Positions 37,875 to 50,589 of a DNA stretch of 64,000 nt are shown in pieces (positions within the stretch are counted from its first letter, which is position 1; every line of letters begins with the position of its first letter). The notes beneath the pieces are model-generated. The model saw nothing but the letters and a program-made list of their open reading frames with translations. It had not been told where the DNA came from and searched no databases. The stretch is from Mobula hypostoma (lineage: Eukaryota): contig NC_086124.1 of NCBI RefSeq assembly GCF_963921235.1, positions 27,900,001-27,964,000 on the forward strand, given 5' to 3'. Made by a program: the position numbers and the translations under genes.

Positions 37875-38539
37875 ATACAGATGGTCCTGCAACGCCAGGA
37901 CAGTCCGCCTTTGAGCATCCAACCTCCGATGATCTTGCAGATATCAACCTCCAGACTTCCGTTTGACCTTCAGGCTTCGATATTTGCTATTGATCCCAGA
38001 CCTGCCAGTGAAAGGATCTTGAACTCCAGACTTGCCAACTCGGACACCAAAGGGATCACCTGTCCTCATGCCTCCTGCCCACGTGAATCCACAGACCCGG
38101 GCAGATTCAGGGGGTCAGTGCATATTGGCCCATCTTGAAGGTAACCCTCTTCATATAAGCTGGAACAGGTGGTTGGCTTTGAAGGTCTGTGAAACTCAGG
38201 AAAAAAAAACAATGCAGATACCTGATTGGAATTGTCCATGATTTCCAGTATTTCTGTGTTATTTCACTTACACCTCAAGTCTTTTGCCTCATTCATTACG
38301 ATAATGTCTAATCCCATCAAAACGAGATGCTTTTGTTCTTTCCTCACACTCTTCGATGACTTCTACTTGCAGAAATCTATCTGTCTTCTTAAAGATTAAG
38401 GTAAAGATTGGCTTTATTGTCACAGGTACCTTGACACATACAGTGAAATGCATCGATCAATCAGTGAAGATTGTGCCAAGGGCAGGCTGCAAGTGTCGCC
38501 ATGCTTCTGGCACCAGGATAGCCTGCCCACAGCTTGCTA

Positions 38540-38700
38540 ACACTAACTGTACGTGGGAGGAAACGGGAGCTCCTGGAGGAAACACACACCGTCATGGGGA
38601 GAAAGTACAAACTCCTTACAGACAGCAGCAGGAATTGAACACCGATTGGTGATTGCTGATGCTTTAATGGCATTTTGCTAACCGCTACCCTACAATGCTG
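38540..38700 (-). mobile_element. V-SINE (HE1-like) fragment
   Basis: gggaggaaacgggagctcctggaggaaac...ggggagaaagtacaaactcc is the reverse complement of the V-SINE core. Confidence 0.55.
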
Positions 38701-39187
38701 CAAAATCCTAATGATGTGCCAGACTGGCTGATTTTCTAGGCTGTTGGATGTTGTCTTTTAACACCGCAGCCTGCGCAATTTTATTTTTAACGTATGAATG
38801 ATAATGAAATAATTATTCCCATGAATAAAGTGAGCCCTGATGAGTTTAAATGTGAGTAATTCCTTTAAGGAGGTGTCGCAGATAGATAGGGTTGTGGAGG
38901 GAGCTTTTGGCACACTGACATTCATAAATCAATGTACTGAGTACAGGAGTTTGTGATATTATATTGAAATTGCATGAGACGTAGGTGAGGCCTAATTTGG
39001 AGTATTGTGTACAGTTTTTATCACTCACCTAAGGAAGAATATCAATAAGATTAAAAGTGTACAGAAAAAGTTTACAAGGACGTTGATGAGATTTGAGAAC
39101 CTGAGTTATAGGGTGTAGGGTAACGTAATTGGGAGAAATGTACTATTGGCCAGAAGAAACTATGGTATGCAATTAGTGGACTTGACG

Positions 39188-40451
39188 TGTTACGTACCCC
39201 ATAATGGGTTAAAGAACCAGCAGAAATGGAACACACCTGGAGTCTGGTTTTGCTGTAAGCTAATTCTATTTTATTAGTAACTACGTAATAAAGTAACATA
39301 AAATCAGATAAATCAAACAGGTTAGCACAGTTTATGCATATATAGGTGTGGAAATACAGAACCTAAACTTCTTAAAGCTTAGGTGGTAATTGATACAGTC
39401 TTACGATGGTATGTAGACGAAGTAATTTCAGTTCATGATGCACAGGTTAATTAATGCAAGATGTTTGTAATCCAAAGGCGGATGTTGTGAGAAGGCAATT
39501 ACATCGATATTCCACAGATTCCGCGACAGCAATACAAAATAACAATAGTAGTAGGTTTTATCTCGGAAGTTGTTCCACTCCACACACAAAATATCACCGA
39601 CAGTGACCTTCAACGAATATCCTTTCAACACAAGTGGTAGCACAGCCTAATTCAGCTATGGGACATCTCAAAGTGGTGGCCACAGGATACTCCAGTGGAT
39701 AATTCAGGATACGTATGGATTATCACCAACAGTAGCTTATCACAAAGGGGACCCTCTTCAAGGGAACCACCACCCAGGCAAAGGGTCGACACACCGGCAG
39801 ATTCCACAGGGTTACCCCAAACATGATAACCACTTATCCAGTTCCACGACATACAAAATAACTCCAACAGTGATTTGCCACAGGGGTGCCTTTCTTCAGT
39901 GAATTACCACACCCAGACAAAAGGGTAAACACACACGTGGTGTTCACAAAGGTTTTCCCCTCACCAGAGAACCCACTCCTGTGGATTAACTAAGTGACAA
40001 TCACACTTTTGTAGTCGAATGGAAACAAACTCACCCTCATGGGCTACTTTGGGAGAGAGTCCAAACAGTGATCTCTTTGTCCCTAGGTTTCTTCTGTTTC
40101 AAACCTATCTCTCCTCTCTTCTCTTCCTGCAAACTTGTTCTAGTTGCAGAAAACTTGTGAGAGTCATTTATCAATACTCAGGATCGATCTCAACTCACCC
40201 CTTTAGGGCTACTGAAAGTTTAAACCAGTGACCAACTTACTGGTGTCTTCCATTGACTCTAACTGTGTCTGCCTGTGTGTCCTTGTATATTCAAAACAAG
40301 CTGCAGAGAAACCATAACATCAATTGTCCATCAAATAACTCCATCTCTCTCTCTCTGGAGCAGCTCAAACAGCGTCCAGAAGTCAGTCTCATTCTCCTGA
40401 CGTTTTAAAGTGACAGTCCACAGAAAATATGAACCCTAGGGGTACATAACA
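39188..40451. mobile_element. Solo LTR (1264 bp) with a 4-bp TSD
   Basis: Termini tgttacgtacccc ... ggggtacataaca (TG...CA, inverted). TSD gacg at 39184-39187 and 40452-40455. No coding interior. Confidence 0.85.
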
Positions 40452-42344
40452 GACGCATCAAAATGGGGAAGCAGACAAACTAATTGTCTTTGTTTTCCCC
40501 TCCCGCTCCATTTTGTGGACTCTGAACTGATTATTGCTCTGGGATAATCTAATCAGAGTAATTGAATGTTGACACAAAGAAGCTTGAAATAATGACCTTA
40601 AACCTGTGACCATTTCAGACAAGTAGATATTTATGTAAGATGCTAGACCCTACCAAAAAGCCAGCTGTAATTTCATTAGACTCTGTCTGGGTCGCCTCAT
40701 TTAACTGCTTTGGACCAGTCAAAGCTACAAATACACAAGGTGGGCAGAACCATGAAACAAAGTTGGTTGTAGCCCTGTATAAGAATCAGTGAGAAGGTGA
40801 CCTTGAGCCAATGGGATGGAGATCCACCGGTTCAATTTATGAGGAACACTATGAGTCAATAGCTCAAAATACACAGGGGTGAAGACCACGAAGAACGCCT
40901 CGACAGTGTAGCCTCCTTTCCCTGGGTAATATCTTTTCTTTTCATTTACTGTTCATGGGGGGGGGGCGGCATCAGGGATTCTAGTGGGGTCCTCACAGGT
41001 AGTTAGTTTGTGAACCCATGTGCTTTTCAGATGAGACAATAAAAGTTACTTGTCAGTAATTACAGATACTCTGTGCCTCACTGATCTATATTACAAGGGG
41101 TGATTCTTGTAATAGGTTCATGGTTAAAAAGGGTTTCAAAGGTTATGGGGCAAGGCTGGAGAATGGGGTAGAGCAGGAAAATAGATCAGCCATGACTGAA
41201 TGGCAAAATAGAATTGATGGGCTGAATAACCTAACACTACTCTTATGTCTTATGGTCTCTTATGGCATATGGTAGTTGCAGGGGGAGGTGCTGTAAGAGG
41301 AGAGGTGGTCAGAATATGGGGCAACCTTGTACAGGTGTACAAGGTCATTCAATAGGTGCATTTTATGTCAGAGAAATGTATACAAAATACATTCTGAAAT
41401 TCTTTTTCTTCACAGACATCCACAAAAACAGAGGAGTGCCCCAAAGAATGAATGACAGTTAAAACATTTGTACCCCAAAGCGCCCCCCAACTCCCCCTCC
41501 CACCCATAAGCAGCAGCAAGGCAATGACACCCGTCCACCCCAACCAGCACAAAAGCGTCAGCACCCTCCACTGAGCACTCAAGTGTGCAACAAAGCATCA
41601 GTAAAGACACAGACTTGCAGTTCCCCAAAAGCTACTTGTTCACCCAGTAATTCGACATACCACAGGCTCTTTCTCTCCCTAATAAGGGAAAAAGAGGTGT
41701 CCTCGTTTCACAGTGAGAGGGGAGACATAACAAACAACTCGCTGAGTTACGATGTTAAAAGTCTGTTGCGTCACTTTTTCCGAGCTGTATGCCCAGAGAC
41801 TTGGCATCAGAAAGGCGCAGCTCCCCGGACACACAACCCCCGGCAGCTAACCTGCGGCTCCTGATGTTCCGTGTTCTCCCACAACGCTTCAGTGAGTGGC
41901 ACTAGCCTCACATCAGCACGTCCCCAGAGCCACGAAATCCCAGAATCCTGAAGGCGCACCAGTGTTCCAGGACGCGTCCTTGGGATATCAAAAACCGGCC
42001 GGTCATGAGCCCTGAGAGCGGGTTCCATTCCCGCAAAGAACTGAAGTCAGTGTGTAAATCCAGGTCAAAAGAACACCCTGAAAAGGGGAAAAAAAGAGAT
42101 ATCTGAGATAGAAATAAAGTTGTTTCCAAAGATGCAAGCAAAGGCGTCACCATTTGGCGCCATCTTAACTTTGCCCCGCCTTCAAACTTAAGTTGTTTTA
42201 CAATTTTCTCATGTATTGAGGTACAATAACAAGCTCAGAGATTGTGGCTGAGAAGAATACTGGATCAGCCATGATGCAATGGTGGAGAAAACTCGATGGG
42301 CCAAATGGCCTACTCTGTTGCTATATCTTATGGTCTTATGATAG

Positions 42345-43265
42345 GAGGCAGGAAGCAGAGGGTGAGGGTTGAAGGTTGTGTCTTGGAAAGGTGGCTGGTG
42401 ACTAGTTGGCTGCCACAGGGTTGGTCACAAATTCACCAGGCCTGATCACTAAGGTTGTGGACAACACAAAATGATGCATTCTGGGAAGGCAAACCAACAT
42501 GGAACTGTACTGTCAATGGTCGGGTGAGACAGGATTATTTACATGGGACCCGAGGATCAATGATCTTATTTACACAGAGGGTGGTAAGTAGTTGGAATGA
42601 TCTGTCAGAGGAAGTAGTTGAGGCAGGTACAATCGTATCACTGAAGAGGTATTTGCATAGATTTGGTTGCAAAGAGAAATGCTGTTTTATATATACAGTG
42701 TTTTTAGATTTTGTGATGGTGAGGATTGGAGAGATATTGTCCAAATTCAGGAAAATGGGACAAACTGAGAGGGCACCATGGTTTGCATGGATTGGCTGGG
42801 CTGAAAGGCCTGTATCCATGCTGGATTGCTCTTTGACTCTTCAAGACTCTATGAGACGAGTTAGAAGCTGTCCAGGACAGTAGTAACAGAAAGGCATGGG
42901 GAAGAAACATGGAAGGACAGGGAAGGGGACAGTAACAGCGAGAAAGACAGACAAAGAGAGATACAGAGAGGGAGGGAGATGAAGGGTGAAAGAGAGAGAG
43001 GGAGAGAGACAGAAGGAGGGAGACAAGGGAAGGAGAAGAGGCAGATCGAGGGTGGGAGGAGATGGGGGAAGCAGAGATAGAGAGGTTCGGGGAAACAGAG
43101 TGGGGGTGATGGGGGAAATGGTGCGGGGAAGACAGAAAAAGAGCAACTGAGAGACAAAGACCATACCCCAATTTAAAACCGTTACCCCAATTACTAACCC
43201 TAAGCCTCTAGTCACTGACCTAGTCCCAACTCTTTACCTCACCTCCAGTCGTCATGTTACTCCTT
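42345..43265. repeat. Duplicated ~0.9-kb composite unit, copy 1
   Basis: Internally deleted CR1 mosaic, then a GA-rich tract, then a unique tail ending gtcatgttactcctt. Colinear with 46617-47552. Confidence 0.8.
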
Positions 43266-43629
43266 ACATGTTATAAATTTCTGGTAACGTTCAGGATTTA
43301 GTCTAGAGGCTTAGAGTTAGTTCCAGTGCATCCTTTCTTCGATAAGGGGCCCAGAAGTTCCCACAATACTTTCACCAATGCCTTAAAAAGCCTCAGCATG
43401 ACATTGTTGCTTTTATATTCTAGTCCTTGTGAAATGAGAGTCTCCCTCGCTGTATCTCCCCCACCTCCTGACATTTCTACTCAAGTCACTGACTTCCCTC
43501 CAGTGGGGAATGGGAGGTCTCAGCTCACTCCCACTGACTGAATTCTGCCACTCACCTAAGCCTTTGTTTGGTTCCTCTGGTAGAAGAAACCACCGTGTGA
43601 ATATTGAATGCTGTGGACTAGACTGGAAA

Positions 43630-44240
43630 AAATGTAAGTGAATTACTTTCTTGCCCTGTAAGGTGCATTCAGGTCCCACGATGGTGCGATGGGAAGAGGT
43701 CAGAGTATTGTGAGCAGTTTTGGGCCCTTTACCTGAGAACAGATTTGCTGGCATTGAAGGGAGCCTACAGGGGGTTCATCAGAATGGTCCCGGGAATGAA
43801 AGAGTTAACTTATGAGGAGCGTTTGATTTTTCTGGGCCTGTACTCATTGGAGTTTGGAAGAATCAGGGGGAATATTCATTTTAACTTACTAGTTAGTGAA
43901 AGGCCCAGATAGAGAACATGAAGAGAGAATGTTTCTTATAGTGGGGGAGTCTAGGAACAGAGGGCACAGCTTCAGAATAGGCCATTGCTTTAGAACAGAG
44001 ATGAGGAGGAATTTCTTTAGCGGTGAATCTGTAAAATTCATTGTCACAGTCAGCTGTGGAGATGGAGACAAGGGATGTCTTTAAAGTGGAGGTTGATAGA
44101 TTCTTGGTTAGTAAGGGTGTCAAGGGTTACCGGGCAAGGCTAGAGAATGGGGCAGAGAGGGAAAATGGAAAGATGGAAAGGCAGAACATAATAGATGGGT
44201 CGAAAAGCCTAACACTACTCCTGTGTCTTATGGTCTCTTC
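43630..44240 (+). mobile_element. CR1 LINE 3' fragment
   Basis: Decayed EYCEQFW, FRTEMRRNFF and a CR1 3' UTR. Confidence 0.65.
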
Positions 44241-44387
44241 TGGAGGTGCTGTAAGAAGGGTGCAGTGAGAACGTGGGGTGACCTTGCAGAGGTGTATCAA
44301 GTCATACATAAGTTGTTTTGCTGTTGTCACATGCACCAAAGTACAATAAAAAGTGTATCTTGCATAGCGTTCATGCAGATCAAATCA

Positions 44388-45020
44388 TGTAACGCTCAGG
44401 TCTATCGGCTCGTGTTTATCCAGGAAACCCCGTCCACCCGCCGAACCGTGTCTCACGGTTGCGTTGTTGCTGTGTAATGCCACCTGGTACAAACTCACAC
44501 ATCAAATATCAGACAGCACACAATGTACAATTTACAGGTTACTCTTTATAATTCTTACTGGAACTATGAAATAAATAGAGATACAATATAAAAGGGAAAG
44601 AGAAAGGCGCCAGACTTATCAGAGTTCAACCTCTTCGTGCACACAAGTTGTAGCTGAAATAACGGGGCTTCTCTCCACCATGCGATCCTCTCCGACCACC
44701 TCGACTCGCCGCTCGGGACCAACCACGGTGGTCGACCAGAGCGCTTCCAGCACGTCCTTCTTCTCCGGGTCTCCTCCCGAAAAGCCCGCCAAACCACCCG
44801 GTTCCCAGCCATACGAGACAGAATATCACCCACAGAAAGATTAACATGGACACCCACTGGTTCGTTCGCTCCCTTATCAATAATATAACCCAAACAAGCA
44901 GAGAGAGAGAACATCCTTACATCGCAGTATTTATTACAGACACGCCATGTTTAGTTCTAACATAACAAAGAAGCCATTTTAAGAGCCTTCGCAGTAACAT
45001 AGAAGAAGAAACCCATTACA
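44388..45020. mobile_element. Probable solo LTR (~630 bp)
   Basis: tgtaac...cattaca termini with flanks atca/atta (4 bp, one mismatch). It interrupts another repeat (caaatca|ttac...gcattgaggtagaacaagg). Confidence 0.5.
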
Positions 45021-45089
45021 ATTACATGGTGCATTGAGGTAGAACAAGGTAAAGCAAAAAAATAATTCACAGTAAAATGTCAGAGCAAC

Positions 45090-46615
45090 AGAGAATATTC
45101 TGCAGGATAGGCAATAAGGACGAGATGGACTACACTCCAGGGATCTGAAAGAGGTGTCTGTAGAGATAGTGGAGGCATTGATGATGATCTTTCAAGAATC
45201 ACTAGATTCTGTAATTGTTTTGGAGTACTGGAAAATTGCAAATGTCACTCCACTCTTCAAGAAGGGAGAGAGGCAAAAGAAAGAAAATGGTAGGTCAGTT
45301 AGTCTGACTTCAGTGGTTGGGAAGATGTTGGAGCCGATTGTCAAGGAAGAGGTTTTGTGGGTACTTGGAGGCACATGATAAAATTGGCCATGGTTTCCTT
45401 AAGGAGATATCTTGCCTGACAAATCTGTTGGAATTCTTTGAGGAAATAACAGGCAGGACAGACAAAGAAGTCAGTGAGTTTTGTGTACTTAGATGTTCAG
45501 AAGGCCTTTGACAAGGTGCCACACATTAAGGCTGCTTAACAAGATAAGTATCTGTGTTATTACAGGAAAGATACTAGCACGGAGAAAACAGTAGCAAATT
45601 GGCAGGAGACAAAGAATTTAAATTAAGGTAGCCTTTTCTGGTTGGCTGCCAGTAACTAGTGGTGTTCCACAGGGGTCTGTGTTGGGACGACTTCTTTTTA
45701 CGTTATATGTCAATGACTTGGATGACAGAATTGATGGCTTTGTTGTAGAGTTTTCAGACAATACTAAAATAGATGGAGGGGTATGTAGTTTTCAGGAAGT
45801 AGAAAGAATACAGAAGGATTAGACATTAAGAGAATAGGCAAAGAAGTGGCAGATGAATACAGTGTCAGGAAGTGTATGGTTATGAACTTTGGTAGAAGAA
45901 ATAAAAAGGGTAGATTATTTTCTAAGTAGAAAAAAAAAATTCAAAAATCTGAGGTGCAAGGGGACTTGGGAGTCCTTGTGCAGGATTCCCGAAAGGTTGA
46001 GTGGGTGGTGAGGAAGGCAAATGTGATGTGAGTATTCATTTCAAGAGGACTAGAATATAAAAGCAAGGATATAATGTTGAGGCTTTATAAAGCACTGGTG
46101 AGGCCTCACTTACAGTATTGAGCAGTTTTGTGCCCCTTATCCAACAAAGGATGTGATGACCCTGGAAAGGTTCAAGGGAAGTTTATTAAAATGATTCCAG
46201 GATTGAGAGGCTTGTCATAGGAAGAGCATTTGATGGTTCTGGCCTGTACTCACTGGAATTCAGAAGAATGAGGGGTGACCAAATTGAAACTTATTGAATG
46301 TTGAAATGCCTCTTTGAGGTGGATGTGGAGAGCATGCTTCCTGTGGTGGAATATCTAAAACCAGAGGACACAGCCTCTGAGAGGTGTTCTTTTTGAACGG
46401 AGACGAGGAGGAATTTCTTTAGCCAGAGAGTGGTGAATCTGTGGAATTTTTTGCTACAGGTGGCTGTGAGGGCAAGTCTTTAAGTATATTTAAGGTAGAG
46501 GTTGATAGGATTCTTGATTAGTCAGGGCATGAAGGGATGCAGGAAGAAGGCACAAGATTGGAGCTGAGAGGGAAAATGGAGCAGCCATGTTACCATGGTG
46601 GAACAGACTCGATGG
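45090..46615 (+). mobile_element. Decayed CR1 LINE, RT to 3' end
   Basis: [35 protein letters not shown] and later CR1 motifs, with many indels. Confidence 0.8.
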
Positions 46616-46616
46616 G

Positions 46617-47552
46617 GTAGGAAGCAGAGGGTGGGGGTTGAAGGTTGTCTCGGAATGACGGCTGGTGACTAGTGGGCTGCCACAGGGTTGGTCATAAATT
46701 CACCAGGCCTGATCACTGAGGTCGTGGATGACACAAACTGATGCATTCTGGGAAGGCAAACCAACACGGAACTGTACTGTCGATGGTCGGGTGAGACAGG
46801 ATCATATACAAGGGACCTGTGGTTCAACCTATTTATTTATTCAGAGGGTGGTGAGTAGATGGAATGATCTGTCAGAGGAAGTGGTTGAGGCAGATACAAT
46901 AGTATCACTGAAGAGGTATTTGCATAGATTTGCTTGCAAAGATTGCCAGTTTTATATCCAGAGCATCTTTAGATTAGTGTGCATCATTGGGATGGTGAGG
47001 ATTGTATGGATATTGGCCAAATTCAGGAAATTCGGAGAAGCTGAATGGATTGCACCGACTGGCTGGGCCGAAAGGCCTGTATCTGTGTGCTCAATTGCTC
47101 TGTGATTCTCTAAGACTCTGATACGAGGTAGAAGTTGTCCTCAGCTAATAATGAATGGTAATAAGAGAGGGTGGAGGGGCAGAAAGATGGAACGACAGAG
47201 AGGGGGACAGTAACAGAGGGAAACAGACAAAGAGAGAGACAGAGAGCGAGGGAAATGAAGGGGGAAAGACAAGGTGGATGACGGAGGGGGGATAGAGACA
47301 AAAGTGGGAGGGGAGAGAGAGAGGATACAGAGTGGGGGTGATGGGGGAATCGGAGTGGGGCTGGCAGAGCGGAGGAAGACAGAGAGGGAGGGTGAGGGAG
47401 ACAGAGAGAGGGAGCGAGAAACAGAGCGGCTGAGAGACAGAGAAACATACCCCAATTTGTAACACTAACCCCCACCACCAATTTTAAGCCCTCGGGCCCT
47501 GGCCCTGACCTGATCCCTAATCTTACCTCATCTCCAGTTGTCATGTTACTCC
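46617..47552. repeat. Duplicated ~0.9-kb composite unit, copy 2
   Basis: Same order and same CR1 deletion junctions as 42345-43265. Confidence 0.8.
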
Positions 47553-48819
47553 TTTCAGTCTTTTCTACCTTCTTCCCAATGGGAGGGGTGTGTGGCATCT
47601 CCAAGGGACATAAATCGGGTGAATGCAGATAGCCCTTTTTTCCAGGATAGGGGAATCAAGAGCTAGAGGACAAAGGTTTAGGTAAGAGGGGAGAGATGTA
47701 ATAGGAACCTGAGGGTCTATTTTTCCACAGAAAGGGTGGTTTATATCTGGAACCAGATGCCAGAGTTTGGAATGGAAAGGTTGACGCAGGTATATTAACA
47801 ATGTTTAAAATACCCTGGACAGCTACATAGGCATAAGACACAGGAGCAGAATTAGTCCATTCAGTCCATCCAGACTGTTCCACCATCCATTATTAGCTCT
47901 GTTATTTTCTCAACCCCATTCTCGTGTTTCCTCCCATAACATTTGATGCCCTTTCTGATGAAGAATCTATCAATCTCTGCTTTAAATATACCCCAGGCTA
48001 TGCCTCCACAGCCGACTGTGGCGATGCATTTCATAGATTCACCATGTTCCAGCAAAAGAAATTTCTCCTCACCTCTGACTTAAAGCCTCCTATTCTGAGG
48101 TTGTGACCCTGGTGCTAGACCCCCTCACTATTGGAAACTCCCTCTCCACGCCCACTCCATCCTGGCCTTTCAATATTTGATAGGTGTCAATGAGAATCCC
48201 CACCCCAATTGTTCTTCTGCGCTCCAGGCCTAGAGCCATCAAATGCTACATGGATGGGAAGGGTTAACAGGGGGATGGAGCAAACACTGCAAATGGAAAC
48301 TTGGGTCAGCACAGACCAGTTGGGCAGAAGGGCCTGTTGTCTTACTGTATGACTCTTTAATATTCTGAAAGACGAGGAAGGGAGAAGACAAGTTAGGTCT
48401 TCAATGAAGCTTGGGACAAGCAGTTCGGCCATTTTGGGAGAGGCCGCTGTGAGAGTGGGTCCTTGTGTAGGCTTCAGCATGAAGAAGCTTAGTGCATGGC
48501 CCAGGTTCTTGGCGCGAGGGCAGGAACTTTAGAAAGAGAAGTCTCATTGATTGACTAATTGCAGGACGGAACAAAATAAGTTATTCCAAAACACTCAGCA
48601 AATGAGATACATAACACAGTTGTTGAAAACAAGACCCTAAATAGTAGAGTGGCAATGTATGCGTTTTGGTCTGGAAACATTGATTTAGCCTGTCTTGTCA
48701 TTTTGTTGTAGAATTGGATCTATTTTCTCAGACTTAAGTGCAGGACAAAATAAATGATTCCAAAGCACTCAACACTAACTTAGCTGATTTGGTAGTTTTC
48801 TTATACGACTGGATCTACC

Positions 48820-49225
48820 GTGGCCACTTTATTAGGTACACCTGTTCACCTGCTTGTTAATGCATATATCTAATCAGCCAAACATGTGGCAACAACTCAA
48901 TGCATAAAAGCATGTAGACGTGGTCAAGAGGTTCAGTTGTTGTTCAGATCAAATATCAGAGTGGAGGAACAAAAGTGATTGAAGTGACTGTGACCTGGGA
49001 ATGATTGTTCGTACCAGATGGGGTGGGTGAGCATCTCAGAGACAGCTGAGAGGTCGGAAAAGAATGGTTCAAACCGACAGGAAGGCAATAGTAACTCAAA
49101 TAACCATGCATTATGAAGGTGGTGTGCAGAAGAGCATCTCTGAATACTCAAAACTTAAAGTGGATGCGCTCTAGCAGCAGGAGATCGTGAAGTTACAACA
49201 GTGGCCACTTTATTAGGTACAGTAG
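48820..49225 (+). mobile_element. Tc1-derived MITE
   Basis: gtggccactttattaggtacacc start, the shared internal sequence, and a second cagtggccactttattaggtaca at ~49199. Confidence 0.65.
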
Positions 49226-49329
49226 GTAAGTCCAGATAGAGTCGCTTTATTGGGTAAAAGAACCAAGCAGGAAGTCTTCCACAGCACCGGTATCTTTTCC
49301 TGACTCAGTCTCAGATTGTAAAGGTGCAT

Positions 49330-50480
49330 CAAAATACCAGAGAGCAGGTACCCACCTGCTTCAAAGGAGTGACGGTAATACCAGTGCCCAAGAAGAGCAG
49401 GGTGATTTGACTCAACAACTATTGCCCAGTGGCACTTATATCTAATGTGCTGACGTGTTTTGAGAGGTTAATGATGGCTAGAATCAATTCCTGCCTTAGC
49501 ACCAACCTGGACCTGCTGCAATTTACCTAATAAATCTACAGTGTTTGCAATATCACTGACTCTCCATCTGGTCTTGGATCACCTGGACAATAGTAATACT
49601 TATCTCGGGCTGCTGTTTATTGACTACAGCTCAGCATTCAACACAATCATACCCTCGGTAGAAATCAACAAGCTCCAAACCCTGGGCCTCTGTATCTCCC
49701 TCTCCAGCTGGATCCTTGACTTCCTGTCTGGGAGACCACAGTCTGTGCAGATTGAAAATTCCTCACTGACAATCAACACTGGCTTAGCTCAAGAATGAGG
49801 GCTACTCCCTCTACACTCACGATTGTGGGGCTAGGCACAGCTCAAACACCATCTATAAATTTGCCAGCTTTGACAGAACTATTGTTGGCAGAAATTCAGT
49901 TGTGACAGGGAGGCACAACGGAGTGAAATAGGTCAGATGGGTGAGTGGTGTGGCAGCAACAACTTTGCAAGACGAAGGTTGGGGAAGTCAGGAGGATACA
50001 CACCAGTCTTCATTGACGGGTGGAAAGGGTGAGCAGTTTCAAGTTCCTGGGTGTCATATCTCTGAGGATCTTACCTGGGTCCAACATATTGATGCAAATA
50101 CAAAGAAGGAATGACAGTGGCTATATTTCATTAGGGGTTTGAGGAGATTTGGTATGTCACCAAAGACACGTGCAAATTTCTACATTGGTACCATGGAGAG
50201 TATGCTAACTGGTTGCATCACCATCTGGTATGGTGGTGCCACTGCAAGTGGTAAACTCAGCTATCTCCATCATGGGCACAAGCCTCCCCAGCATCTAGGA
50301 CACCTTCGTAAAGCAATGCCTTGGAGGCAGCATCCATGATTAAGAGCCCCATCACCCAGGACATGCCCTCTACTCATTGCTACCATCAAGGCCGAGGTTC
50401 AGGAGCCTGAAGATACACACATTGCAAGAACAGCTACTTTCCCTCTGCCATCAGATTTCTGAATGAACAATGAACCCATG
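49330..50480 (+). mobile_element. Rex1/Babar-type LINE RT-to-3' fragment
   Basis: [41 protein letters not shown] and later ESMLTGCITIWYG. Confidence 0.75.
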
Positions 50481-50589
50481 AACATTACCTCAGTATTTTC
50501 CCCTTCTCTATTTGTACAACTTAATTAACTTAGTTTTCTTCTTTATATATACATACTCTTGATTGTAATTTACAGTTTTTATTATTACA

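Noticed and set aside
43160-43230. Telomere-like ccctaa/taaccc words (also at ~47460-47520)
   Set aside because: Only scattered degenerate units, not a (TTAGGG)n array.
48187-48480. 97-aa minus-strand ORF with a GC-richer start
   Set aside because: No recognisable domain or convincing splice sites; it looks like a LINE UTR or repeat patchwork.
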